A DNA stretch of 36,646 nucleotides from Eubacteriales bacterium. Lineage in GTDB: Bacteria; Bacillota; Clostridia; Oscillospirales; CAG-272. The notes under the pieces are model-generated. The model had not been told where the DNA came from. It saw only the letters and a program-made list of their open reading frames with translations, and did not search any database. Both the position numbers and the translations under genes were made by a program. Positions 8,474-16,421 of the stretch are shown here, piece after piece. Positions within the stretch are counted from its first letter, which is position 1. Each line of letters starts with the position of its first letter. The stretch spans positions 1-36,646 of the forward strand of contig JAZQWX010000075.1 in the NCBI GenBank assembly GCA_045632565.1, read 5' to 3'.

Positions 8474-8749
8474 TCAGTTGCCGCGGCGGAGTGCAAAGCA
8501 CTCGCTGCAGTAGACAGCCTTACCCTCAGTAGGATTGAAAGGAACCTTGCATTCCTTGCCGCAATCAGCGCAAACTGCATCGAACATTTCTCTTGCACCC
8601 TTTGCACCGTTCTTGCGAGCATCACGGCAAGCCTTGCATCTCTGGGGCTCGTTCTGGAAGCCCTTCTCTGCATAGAATTCCTGCTCACCTGCAGTGAACA
8701 CGAACTCGTTGCCGCAATCCTTACATTTCAGAGTCTTGTCTTCGTACAT
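8474..8749 (-). CDS. Double zinc-ribbon protein (four CxxC pairs)
   Basis: Start moved to ATG 8749 (MYEDKTLKCKDCG...) behind GAGGTAAGAAGC. CKDC/CKAC and CADC/CSEC pairs are present. Confidence 0.8.
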   Translation of the reverse strand: MYEDKTLKCKDCGNEFVFTAGEQEFYAEKGFQNEPQRCKACRDARKNGAKGAREMFDAVCADCGKECKVPFNPTEGKAVYCSECFALRRGN

Positions 8750-8857
8750 GCTTCTTACCTCGCTTTGAAGAATGGATATTTTTGCCCTTAGACGGATTCC
8801 AACCGACGCCTTTGATACCAACGCTCTCCCTTAAGCTACCGGGGCATATAAACAATA

Positions 8858-9424
8858 TCAATTACCGAGCTTTTTGCGTAGCTTGCCAAGCAAGCGAGTA
8901 ACCGCGTTCCGCACAGATTTCTCCCCTTTTCCGAGCTGCCTTGCAATCTCGGCACAGGGGACATCATTCATGTATAATTCAAACACGCGTCTTTCATAGG
9001 ATGAAAGCTCGGAATGGATCAAGGAAAGCAATTCTTCGAAATTCTCTTCTTCCACCATACGGTCGGAGAAGCGGGTCAGAAACCGACACTCTTCAAACGG
9101 TACAAAATCAAGGGAACGTCCATCTCTTCTGTACTTGGTTTTCAGGGCGTTATCCACACAAATCTTGGCGTAAAGCCCAAAGGTAACATCATCTTGGGGA
9201 TAATAATGCAACGCGGCGCGATGCAGGGCCAAGCAGGCCTCCTGATACGCATCCTCCACATCCGCAGAGGGTGTGCCGAACGCAGACACGCGTGCACGCA
9301 AAAGTGCCTCATACTGTTCAAGCAATCTGGCAAAGGCGTGACCGTTCCCCGCACGAATTTCGGAGAGGATATGGAACAGGTTTTCCCCGTTCTGCCCGAC
9401 CTTTTTGCCGCAATTATCGCCCAT
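8858..9424 (-). CDS. Sigma-70 family RNA polymerase sigma factor, SigH-like
   Basis: Region 2 (...EDAYQEACLALHRAA...) and region 4 HTH (...YERRVFELYMNDVPCAEIARQLGKGEKSVRNAVTRLLGKLRK) are present. The overall pattern resembles B. subtilis SigH. It neighbours rlmB, as sigH does in Bacilli. The SD is weak. Confidence 0.75.
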   Translation of the reverse strand: MGDNCGKKVGQNGENLFHILSEIRAGNGHAFARLLEQYEALLRARVSAFGTPSADVEDAYQEACLALHRAALHYYPQDDVTFGLYAKICVDNALKTKYRRDGRSLDFVPFEECRFLTRFSDRMVEEENFEELLSLIHSELSSYERRVFELYMNDVPCAEIARQLGKGEKSVRNAVTRLLGKLRKKLGN

Positions 9425-9456
9425 AAAAAACCACTTTTACAAAATTATGTAATTAC

Positions 9457-9484
9457 ATTATACCATTGAAATTTTCTTTGTCAA
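9457..9484 (-). promoter_or_regulatory. Sigma-A type promoter for the sigma-factor gene
   Basis: Minus strand: TTGACA (9479-9484), 16 nt, TATAAT (9457-9462) preceded by TGg. Confidence 0.6.
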
Positions 9485-9515
9485 TAGTTTTTTCAAAAAA
9501 AGTTTACTTTTCGGA

Positions 9516-10070
9516 TCAGTCCAGCAAATAATCCGCATCCCACGTCATGACCGACAAAAGGCGGCGGTAAACGTCCTCGGGGTCCTTATCGAACTTGCTC
9601 TTCATTTCCTCTGCCTGCAAGCGGGAGGCCATGGTGAGGTCAAGAGAAAGAAGCTTGCCGGTGGGGGCATCGATCTCGCAGTGGAAGGTATACTTGCCGT
9701 CTTCTCTTTTTTCAATGCGTGAAGAGGGGGTTGCCCCACGGCGGCGGAAGGAGAGAAAGCGCATGGCGATCTTGAGGCTTTTTTCTCGAATGGAGAGCAT
9801 CAGCTTGCTTTGCAGCTCTGCCGACACGATCTTGCCGGTGGGAGAGATCAGATAATAGGATATGCCCTTCTCCTCATCCTTGAGAATGTGACCGAGCTCA
9901 AGAAGCTTGGAAAAGCATTCGGCAAAGTCGAAATCGCCAACGTAGCCGCTTTCGATCACGATATCGTGGATGGTGTCAAAATCAAGGGGATAGTCAATAT
10001 TGTCGAGCAAGAACAGGATAAACACCTTGATATCGGTTTTATCGTTCATACCGTTTTGATAGGTTTTCAT
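9516..10070 (-). CDS. DUF4364 family protein
   Basis: Start moved to ATG 10070 (MKTYQNG...) behind AGGAGA. The longer ORF start would run through the upstream terminator hairpin. Confidence 0.7.
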   Translation of the reverse strand: MKTYQNGMNDKTDIKVFILFLLDNIDYPLDFDTIHDIVIESGYVGDFDFAECFSKLLELGHILKDEEKGISYYLISPTGKIVSAELQSKLMLSIREKSLKIAMRFLSFRRRGATPSSRIEKREDGKYTFHCEIDAPTGKLLSLDLTMASRLQAEEMKSKFDKDPEDVYRRLLSVMTWDADYLLD

Positions 10071-10084
10071 GCGTTCTCCTTTCG

Positions 10085-10121
10085 AAAAAAGGGTTGCCGC
10101 CAAAGCGGGCAACCCTTTTCT
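10085..10121 (-). terminator. Intrinsic terminator after the substrate-binding-protein gene
   Basis: GGGTTGCC...GGCAACCC hairpin flanked by an A-run and a T-run. Confidence 0.7.
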
Positions 10122-10130
10122 GAAGAGTGA

Positions 10131-12029
10131 TTACTCTTCGATCAGATGCTTGTGGTAGTTGCGGAGCTCGGTGCGGGTAAATACCGCATAGCCGTAGTAA
10201 TTGAAGTATACACGGTTCAGATCGCCGTCAATGAGCGAGGCGCTTCTGTTGAACAGGATCGGAACGACGGGCATTTCGGTAAGAAGGATCTCTTCTGCCT
10301 CGTGGAGCAGATCGTTACGCTTGGACATATCCGTTTCGGCATAAGCGGCATCGATCTTCTCGTTATACGCAGCGTTGTTGAAGCCGGAGGCATGCGTACG
10401 GATCTCGGTGGTGCTGTTGAAGCCGCCGGTGATGTGCACGCCGTTGCCGGACAGCTTGTGAGAGAAGCTTGCGAGCGCGCTGAAGGCATCGGGCGAGAGC
10501 ATCTGGTAGTCGATCGCCACAACGTTGTAGTTCTTTCCGTCTACGGCAAAGCCGTCCTCGCCCACGCCGTCATCGGTCTTGGGATCGTAATCCCATTTCA
10601 GGTGGCTGTATGCCTCCTGAACGGCATCGATAGGCATGGTAACGTAGGTATCGGACTCCACGATACGGAAGGTGATCGAGGACTGGAAGCGGAGATTGAC
10701 GGTAACCTTCTGGCCGCCAAGGCGGAAGGCTTCTTCCCAAGCCGCTTTGACCATTTCGGCAATGGCACGCTCCTCGGCATTGTCACGAACGAGGATGTTG
10801 ATAGTGCCTGCGCGATAACCGTCATTGAGGATCGCATCCTTGATGAGGGCGGCGGCGGCTTCCATATCATTCTTCAGGGCGTAATCCTGCTTGGCAGTTT
10901 CTGCCGAGAAGGAGCCGGAGGTGCCGTTGAGGACACCGTGAGAAACAAAGCCGGTTGCGGGAACGGAAAGACCCATGGTCGCATCCGAGGCGATCAGGGC
11001 ACGGTTGAGTGCCAGGGAGAGCGCGCGGCGAACCTTTGCGTTGGCAAAAGTAGGATCTTCGTTATCCAGAACGTAGGTATAGGTAGAGAGCAGGTCAGTA
11101 AGCTTTGCCTTGGAAATGTACTCGGCACGCTTCTCCAGCGGGATGTCACCCACGAAGAAGATCGAGCCCTCCATATATTCCGCGAAGGCATCGGTCAGCT
11201 CGGTGTTCCAGTAGGAAAGGAACTTGTAAGGCGTTACGTAGGTATCCTTTGCAATGCTGCTGGTCTGTGCACGGCGGTAGTAGTTGTTACGCTCCAGACG
11301 GAATTCCAGCTTGTCAAGACGAACCTCGCCCAGACCGTAGTCCATCGAACGGATGGCGAACGGGCCGTTGGTCATGATGGTGGATACGCGCTTGCTCCAA
11401 TAGCCTTCGTTGTCCGTAGAAATAGCGGAGTCGTTTACCGGGGCAAGAGCAACCGAGGTAAGGTTACGCAGGAAATTCTGCTGACCCTCCTTGGTCAAAA
11501 CCTTATTGAAGACGATCGTCAGGGTCTGGTCCTGTGCGGAGATGGCGGCATCGTATTTGGTGATACCGTTCTCGTTCAGCTTGGCTTCCTTGGCGTACTT
11601 GACGTCATAGAGAAGCGTAGCGGCCTGCGAGGGGAAGTTGGGGTCGAGAATACGCTGCCAAGCGAACACGAAGTCAGCGGCGGTTACCTGCGACGTACCG
11701 TTGTTCCAATAGGTTTCACGCAGGGTGATATCCAGACAGAACTCGCCGCGGTGGTTCTCATAGAACTCATACCCATTGGCCACGGCGTACTGAAGGTCAC
11801 CGTTTGCATCCAGGGTGAAAAGCGGCTCGTAAATGAGGCTCATAATCTTCATGGCATCATCGTTGGTGTATGCCTTCGCGGGGTCAAAATCATAGACCTC
11901 TTCTACAAAAAATGCACGGATCTCAGCGCCAAGATCCTCTTCATCTCCCTTGCCGGAGCAGCCCGACAGTACGCCCATGGACGCAACGATGGCAAGAAGC
12001 GCCAGGATCAGAGCCAAAACTCTTTTCAT
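10131..12029 (-). CDS. ABC transporter substrate-binding lipoprotein, family 5 (peptide/nickel type)
   Basis: Signal peptide with lipobox LSGC. Length and sequence are typical of OppA/DppA-like SBPs. RBS GGAGGA. Confidence 0.85.
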   Translation of the reverse strand: MKRVLALILALLAIVASMGVLSGCSGKGDEEDLGAEIRAFFVEEVYDFDPAKAYTNDDAMKIMSLIYEPLFTLDANGDLQYAVANGYEFYENHRGEFCLDITLRETYWNNGTSQVTAADFVFAWQRILDPNFPSQAATLLYDVKYAKEAKLNENGITKYDAAISAQDQTLTIVFNKVLTKEGQQNFLRNLTSVALAPVNDSAISTDNEGYWSKRVSTIMTNGPFAIRSMDYGLGEVRLDKLEFRLERNNYYRRAQTSSIAKDTYVTPYKFLSYWNTELTDAFAEYMEGSIFFVGDIPLEKRAEYISKAKLTDLLSTYTYVLDNEDPTFANAKVRRALSLALNRALIASDATMGLSVPATGFVSHGVLNGTSGSFSAETAKQDYALKNDMEAAAALIKDAILNDGYRAGTINILVRDNAEERAIAEMVKAAWEEAFRLGGQKVTVNLRFQSSITFRIVESDTYVTMPIDAVQEAYSHLKWDYDPKTDDGVGEDGFAVDGKNYNVVAIDYQMLSPDAFSALASFSHKLSGNGVHITGGFNSTTEIRTHASGFNNAAYNEKIDAAYAETDMSKRNDLLHEAEEILLTEMPVVPILFNRSASLIDGDLNRVYFNYYGYAVFTRTELRNYHKHLIEE

Positions 12030-12073
12030 GTTCCGATGTCCTCCAAGAAACTGTGTGAATTTATTTACAGGCT

Positions 12074-12102
12074 ATTATACCATAAATAATCGTTTTTTTC
12101 AA
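12074..12102 (-). promoter_or_regulatory. Sigma-A type promoter for the SBP gene
   Basis: Minus strand: TTGAAA (12097-12102), 17 nt, TATAAT (12074-12079) preceded by TGg. Confidence 0.6.
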
Positions 12103-12327
12103 TGAGAAAGTTTGAAAAAATCGCATCTTCGGTATTTTGCACAAGCAAACCGTTTTTTTCTGTGCAAAATAACCAAAAATCCGCCAAAAGCTTGGCCGTT
12201 CCGCCCTTTCTCTTATATACTATACAATATTTTTTTGGAAATTTCCATAGTTTTCCCGAAATATTATTTGCAAACTTTTTGTAAAGAGGCCTGATGGCAG
12301 CTTTCTTCCCTTCCCGTGCGGTGCTTG

Positions 12328-12356
12328 TCATATTTTTTCTCTTTTTTTCATACGCA
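12328..12356 (+). promoter_or_regulatory. Sigma-E (mother-cell) type promoter upstream of spoIVA
   Basis: TCATATT (12328-12334), 14 nt, CATACGCA (12349-12356), compared with the B. subtilis sigma-E consensus TCATAtt-N14-CATAcanT. It lies ~40 nt upstream of the spoIVA start. Confidence 0.6.
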
Positions 12357-12395
12357 TAAGGTGAAAACGAAAACAGGTTACGGAGGATCACAAAA

Positions 12396-13874
12396 ATGGC
12401 AAGCACATCCATCTACCGCGACATTGCAAAGCGAACGGGCGGCGACATATACATTGGTGTCGTGGGGCCTGTACGAACGGGCAAATCCACCTTTATCCGA
12501 AAATTCATGGAAAACGCCGTTATCCCGAACATCGGGGATGAATACGACCGTGCGCGCGCCGTTGACGAGCTGCCGCAGGCAGGCTCCGGCAAGACGGTGA
12601 TGACGACCGAGCCGAAATTCATTCCCGACGAGGCGGTGAGCGTCCTGCTTGGAGAGCACACGCGCCTGCGCGTGAAAATGATCGACTGCGTGGGCTACGT
12701 AGTGCCCGAGGCGCTCGGACAGAACGAAGAGGGGGAGGTACGGATGGTACACACCCCTTGGCAGGAAGAGCCGATCCCCTTTGCGGAAGCGGCGGAAACA
12801 GGCACGAAAAAGGTGATCTGCGAGCATTCCACCATCGGCATTCTGGTAACCACGGACGGCAGCATCGGCGACATTCCGCGAGAAAGCTACGTAGATGCCG
12901 AGGAGCGCGTGGCGCACGAGCTTGCCCGCCAGAACAAGCCGTTTGCGATCATTCTCAACTCGGCGCATCCCGAGCGTGAGGACACGACCGCGCTCGCTTA
13001 CGAGCTGGAAACGAAATACAACGCCCCCGTGGCGCTTTTAAACTGTCTGGAGCTGAACAACGAGGACATCGGCAACATCATGGAGCTGATCCTGCAGGAA
13101 TTCCCGACCACGGAAATGACCGTTACCCTGCCCGATTGGATGAGAAGTCTGGAAAGCGGACACTGGCTGAAAAAGAGCTGGGCACAGTCGCTTGACAAAA
13201 TTGCCGACAACATTTCCAAGATGGGGGACATCACCCGCGCGTTCCGCGAGGCCGAGCCGAACGAGCACGTCAAGGAATGGCAAGTTTCCTCGCTGGATCT
13301 TTCGGACGGCACGGCCAAGATCGAGCTGATCCCCGCAGACGGACTGTATTTCAAAATCATGAGCGAGCTGACGGGCTTCTCGATCAAAAATGAAGGGGAG
13401 CTACTCTCCCTGATGCACGAGCTTTCCAAAACGAAGCGCGCCTACGACAAGGTCGCAGGCGCGCTGGAGCAGGTGAGCGAAACGGGCTACGGGATCGTGA
13501 TGCCGGACGCCACCGAGCTTTCTCTGCAAGAGCCGGAGATCATCAAGCGTTCCGGCAGCTACGGTGTCAAGCTGCGCGCATCGGCGCAGTCCATCCACAT
13601 GATCCGCGCGAACATCGAAACCGAGATCAATCCCATCGTGGGGACGGAGCGGGAATCCGAGGAGCTTGTGCGGTATCTGCTCAACGAATTTGAAGAAAAC
13701 CCGCAAAAGATCTGGGAATCCAACATGTTTGGCAAATCGCTTTACGAGCTGGTGGTAGAGGGACTGCATACCAAGCTGGCGGGCATGCCCGCAGAATCCC
13801 GCGCCAAGCTGGGAGAAACGCTGGAGCGCATCATCAATGAGGGCAGCGGCGGCTTGATCTGCATCATCCTGTAA
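12396..13874 (+). CDS. spoIVA: Stage IV sporulation protein A (spore coat morphogenetic ATPase)
   Basis: The N-terminus ...IYRDIAKRTGGDIYIGVVGPVRTGKSTFIRKFME... includes a Walker A motif. The 492-aa length fits, and the RBS is GGAGGA. Confidence 0.95.
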   Translation: MASTSIYRDIAKRTGGDIYIGVVGPVRTGKSTFIRKFMENAVIPNIGDEYDRARAVDELPQAGSGKTVMTTEPKFIPDEAVSVLLGEHTRLRVKMIDCVGYVVPEALGQNEEGEVRMVHTPWQEEPIPFAEAAETGTKKVICEHSTIGILVTTDGSIGDIPRESYVDAEERVAHELARQNKPFAIILNSAHPEREDTTALAYELETKYNAPVALLNCLELNNEDIGNIMELILQEFPTTEMTVTLPDWMRSLESGHWLKKSWAQSLDKIADNISKMGDITRAFREAEPNEHVKEWQVSSLDLSDGTAKIELIPADGLYFKIMSELTGFSIKNEGELLSLMHELSKTKRAYDKVAGALEQVSETGYGIVMPDATELSLQEPEIIKRSGSYGVKLRASAQSIHMIRANIETEINPIVGTERESEELVRYLLNEFEENPQKIWESNMFGKSLYELVVEGLHTKLAGMPAESRAKLGETLERIINEGSGGLICIIL

Positions 13875-13877
13875 GGC

Positions 13878-14390
13878 TTATTCGGCTTCGTCGTAGATTT
13901 TTTTGAGAAAGGCAACAAAGCCTTGCCCTGCCTCTTCGATCGGCAGGTCGTTGTCATAGGTATAATCATAGCTGAGGCTTTCCACCTCATCGTCCGAGCG
14001 ATTGCCGTATGCTTCCCGGTGTACGGCGGCGCGGCGGATGAGGAGGGTTTTGGCGCGACCGTCGGTTGCGCGGACGAATTTTTCGATCTCCTCACGCTCA
14101 CGGATGTGCATGAACATGATCTCATCCTCACCTGCAAGGAATGCAAGATACCGTTCCCTCGCCCAGACGGTGGGATAATCGTTATAGGCAGCCAATACTG
14201 CCTTCAAGTCCGAGAGAAAACGGCGGGCGCGATCGGTCTTCTCGCCCTGCCAGCCGCACTGTGCGGCAAGCTCCTTGATCGGCATAATGGAGGAGAGATT
14301 GGTCACGCGAAAATAACGCGCGGCATGATCGCAAAGCGTATCCTTTCCGACGCCCCCGCGACCGTTGATGACAAAAACAAGCTTCTTCAT
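13878..14390 (-). CDS. P-loop NTPase, dNMP-kinase-like
   Basis: Walker A GRGGVGKDT at the N-terminus. The small size and GKD-type P-loop resemble phage-type deoxynucleotide monophosphate kinases. RBS GGAGGTG. Confidence 0.55.
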   Translation of the reverse strand: MKKLVFVINGRGGVGKDTLCDHAARYFRVTNLSSIMPIKELAAQCGWQGEKTDRARRFLSDLKAVLAAYNDYPTVWARERYLAFLAGEDEIMFMHIREREEIEKFVRATDGRAKTLLIRRAAVHREAYGNRSDDEVESLSYDYTYDNDLPIEEAGQGFVAFLKKIYDEAE

Positions 14391-14407
14391 AGTACACCTC
14401 CGTGGTT

Positions 14408-14436
14408 ATTATACAACCCCTTTTTTCGAAAGTCAA
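14408..14436 (-). promoter_or_regulatory. Sigma-A type promoter for the P-loop gene
   Basis: Minus strand: TTGACT (14431-14436), 17 nt, TATAAT (14408-14413). Confidence 0.55.
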
Positions 14437-14465
14437 CTTTTCCGCGACTTTTTTGAGAAAAGGGG

Positions 14466-14494
14466 TTTACTTTTTTTCGGGATACTGTTATACT
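14466..14494 (+). promoter_or_regulatory. Candidate sigma-A promoter for galM
   Basis: TTTACT (14466-14471), 17 nt, TATACT (14489-14494) preceded by TGt. Confidence 0.45.
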
Positions 14495-14531
14495 ACTTGT
14501 AGAAAAAGATCAGCAAACGGAGGTTGTCTTT

Positions 14532-15536
14532 ATGGAAAAAATCCTTTTCGGCCGACTGCCGAGCGGCGAGGCCGTTCATTTGTATACGTTACAAAACAAC
14601 GATTTGACCGTGCGCGTGATGGACTACGGCTGCCGCCTGCAATCCGTTTTCTTTGACGGGCGCGACGTGATCGGCGGCTTTGACACGCTCGAGGGCTATC
14701 TTGCTGACGACAGCTGGCAGGGATCGTTTATCGGCCGTGTGGCCAACCGCATCCGCAATGCGCGCTTCGACCTGAACGGCAAGACCTACCGTCTGGCCCC
14801 CACCCCCGGCCAGAACGGCAACCATCTGCACGGCAGCTTTGGCATTTCCATGTGGGAGATCAACGAAGCAAGCGACACGCGCATCACGCTGTTCCGCAAG
14901 AGTCCCGCTTCCGAAGAGGGCTATCCCGGCGACATGGAGATCACGGTGACCTACGAGCTGTCGGGCGCTTCCCTTTTGATGTACTACTACGCCACGGCAG
15001 ATGCCGACACGCCCGCATCCTTTACGAACCATTCTTATTTCAACATAGACGGCATCGGCTCGGGCTCTGTTCTGTCCCACGAGATGAAGCTGCACGCCGA
15101 CAAGATCACGTTGGTAAACGAAGACCTGATCCCCACGGGAGAGCATATGAACGTAGCGGGCACGGCGTACGATTTTGCCGAGTTCCGTCCGATCGGCTCG
15201 CGCTTTGACGAGTGTGTCACGGGCTATGACACCAACTTTTTCCTGACGCAGGACACCCCCCTTGCGATCGGCGGCAGAACCGTATATGCGGCGGCCTCCG
15301 TCCGTTCGGCTTCCTATCAGGTAGATTGCTACACGGATATGCCCTGCATCCAGATCTACACAGCCAATTTCCTTGGGGACGGCCCGGATTTCAAGTACGG
15401 CGTAAAGCAGAAGAAGCAGCACGCCATCTGCCTGGAAACGCAATTCGAGCCCGACTGCGTGAACCGCGGTGAGCACATCCTTCGCGCAGGCGAGGCGTAT
15501 GACCACCTGACGGTATACACGTTCCGCCACCGATAA
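14532..15536 (+). CDS. galM: Aldose 1-epimerase (galactose mutarotase)
   Basis: ...GRVANRIRNARFDLNGKTYRL...NGNHLHGS... and the C-terminal ...LETQ..PD... motifs are typical of the mutarotase family. RBS GGAGG. Confidence 0.9.
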   Translation: MEKILFGRLPSGEAVHLYTLQNNDLTVRVMDYGCRLQSVFFDGRDVIGGFDTLEGYLADDSWQGSFIGRVANRIRNARFDLNGKTYRLAPTPGQNGNHLHGSFGISMWEINEASDTRITLFRKSPASEEGYPGDMEITVTYELSGASLLMYYYATADADTPASFTNHSYFNIDGIGSGSVLSHEMKLHADKITLVNEDLIPTGEHMNVAGTAYDFAEFRPIGSRFDECVTGYDTNFFLTQDTPLAIGGRTVYAAASVRSASYQVDCYTDMPCIQIYTANFLGDGPDFKYGVKQKKQHAICLETQFEPDCVNRGEHILRAGEAYDHLTVYTFRHR

Positions 15537-15550
15537 GAAAGGAGCTTTTT

Positions 15551-16351
15551 ATGAAATGTACGTATTGTCAGCATGAGAGCGAAGACGCCTTTGCCTACTG
15601 CCCAAATTGCGGCGCACCCGCTGAACCCGAAACACCGCCCCCCTCCCGCAACGCGGTGGCAGACCGTCTGATGCCCGCCCTGCAAAACAACAATTTCCTG
15701 ACGATCTGCGTATTGCTTTCGGTTTCACTCGGTTGCTCCGTGCTGGCCGGTGCCATGCAGCTCTTTACCTTGTTGGCCGCGATCTTCGCCTGGCTGATCT
15801 ATGCATCCGTGAGAAAGAACACGCTGGAGGTCAAGAACCTCCGAGGGCTGAGTGGAACGGTGTACGCGATGTACGTTGTAAACTACGTGCTTGCCGCCAT
15901 TCTTCTTGTTTGCGGTCTGTGCCTGACCGGACTTCTCCTCGGCGCGCGTGAGCTTTTTGTGGAAGCGATGGAAGAGCTCCAATCGGAGATCTTCTTCCCG
16001 TCCTCGATTGCCGGACTGCTTGCCTCGCTCCCCTACCTGCTCGCTGTGATCTCCCTTGTGTACGGCGTTGGGTATTTTGTGATCAACATTTTCGGATTTT
16101 CCCGCATTCACGGATTTCTCAAAAGCACCTACCTCAGCCTGGCATCGGGTGATCTTTCTACCGTCAAGCATGCGCGCGGCGCATACGTCTGGCTGTGGGT
16201 GTTTGGCGTTGTGCAAGGTATTTCCGCACTCTCCTCCTTGATGAATTTCTACGTCTTCTCCGCCGTTTCCGCGGGTTGCCTATCTGCCGTGTACATCATG
16301 GCGGCATTCCTTGTAAAAGACGCCTTTTTGAGAGAAGAAGCAGACGCATAA
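15551..16351 (+). CDS. Zinc-ribbon-anchored polytopic membrane protein, function unknown
   Basis: N-terminal CxxC...CxxC (MKCTYCQ...YCPNCG) followed by ~6 hydrophobic segments. It starts 14 nt after galM, with RBS AAAGGAG. Confidence 0.75.
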   Translation: MKCTYCQHESEDAFAYCPNCGAPAEPETPPPSRNAVADRLMPALQNNNFLTICVLLSVSLGCSVLAGAMQLFTLLAAIFAWLIYASVRKNTLEVKNLRGLSGTVYAMYVVNYVLAAILLVCGLCLTGLLLGARELFVEAMEELQSEIFFPSSIAGLLASLPYLLAVISLVYGVGYFVINIFGFSRIHGFLKSTYLSLASGDLSTVKHARGAYVWLWVFGVVQGISALSSLMNFYVFSAVSAGCLSAVYIMAAFLVKDAFLREEADA

Positions 16352-16362
16352 ATGCAAAAGCA

Positions 16363-16400
16363 AAAGCACCGAAGCGGTTACCCGTTTCGGTGCTTTTTTA
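16363..16400. terminator. Bidirectional intrinsic terminator between convergent genes
   Basis: 12-bp stem GCACCGAAGCGG-ttac-CCGTTTCGGTGC (one G-U pair) followed by T6. T-rich sequence also follows on the opposite strand. Confidence 0.8.
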
Positions 16401-16421
16401 TATTTATTTTTCGGCAGAGCC

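Noticed and set aside
8474-8749. The zinc-ribbon protein downstream of the sigma factor, considered as a zinc-binding anti-sigma factor.
   Set aside because: It lacks the HxxxCxxC ZAS motif and any TM or anti-sigma domain. It matches a widespread stand-alone double zinc-ribbon family that is not generally sigma-linked. Only the possible co-transcription is kept as a note.
8794-8804. A T-loop-like GGTTGGAATCC (minus strand) in the spacer upstream of the zinc-ribbon gene, considered as a possible tRNA or tRNA-like element.
   Set aside because: The flanking stem has a mismatch, and no acceptor, D or anticodon arms can be built around it. It is not a tRNA.
9447-9458. A 12-bp perfect palindrome ATGTAATTACAT over the predicted start site of the sigma-factor gene, considered as a possible operator.
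   Set aside because: A 6+6 palindrome is expected several times by chance in 36 kb, and more often in AT-rich spacers. There is no second copy in the window, so the evidence is insufficient.
10146-12089. Other long antisense ORFs: 10146..12089, 14589..15530, 17063..18076, 19321..20373, 20858..21787, 21878..22867, 28607..29782, 31222..32178, 32210..32983 and 32986..33969.
   Set aside because: The explanation is the same: each sits in the complementary register of a confidently identified gene. Each overlaps a protein with strong family motifs on the other strand, and none has ribosome-binding sites.
12065-12412. ORFs in the SBP/spoIVA intergenic region: the 115-aa minus ORF and the 60-aa plus ORFs at 12102 and 12112.
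   Set aside because: The spacer is AT-rich and filled with promoter elements. No SD is present, the peptides are K/F-rich and low-complexity, and the minus ORF would overlap the spoIVA start and its promoter.
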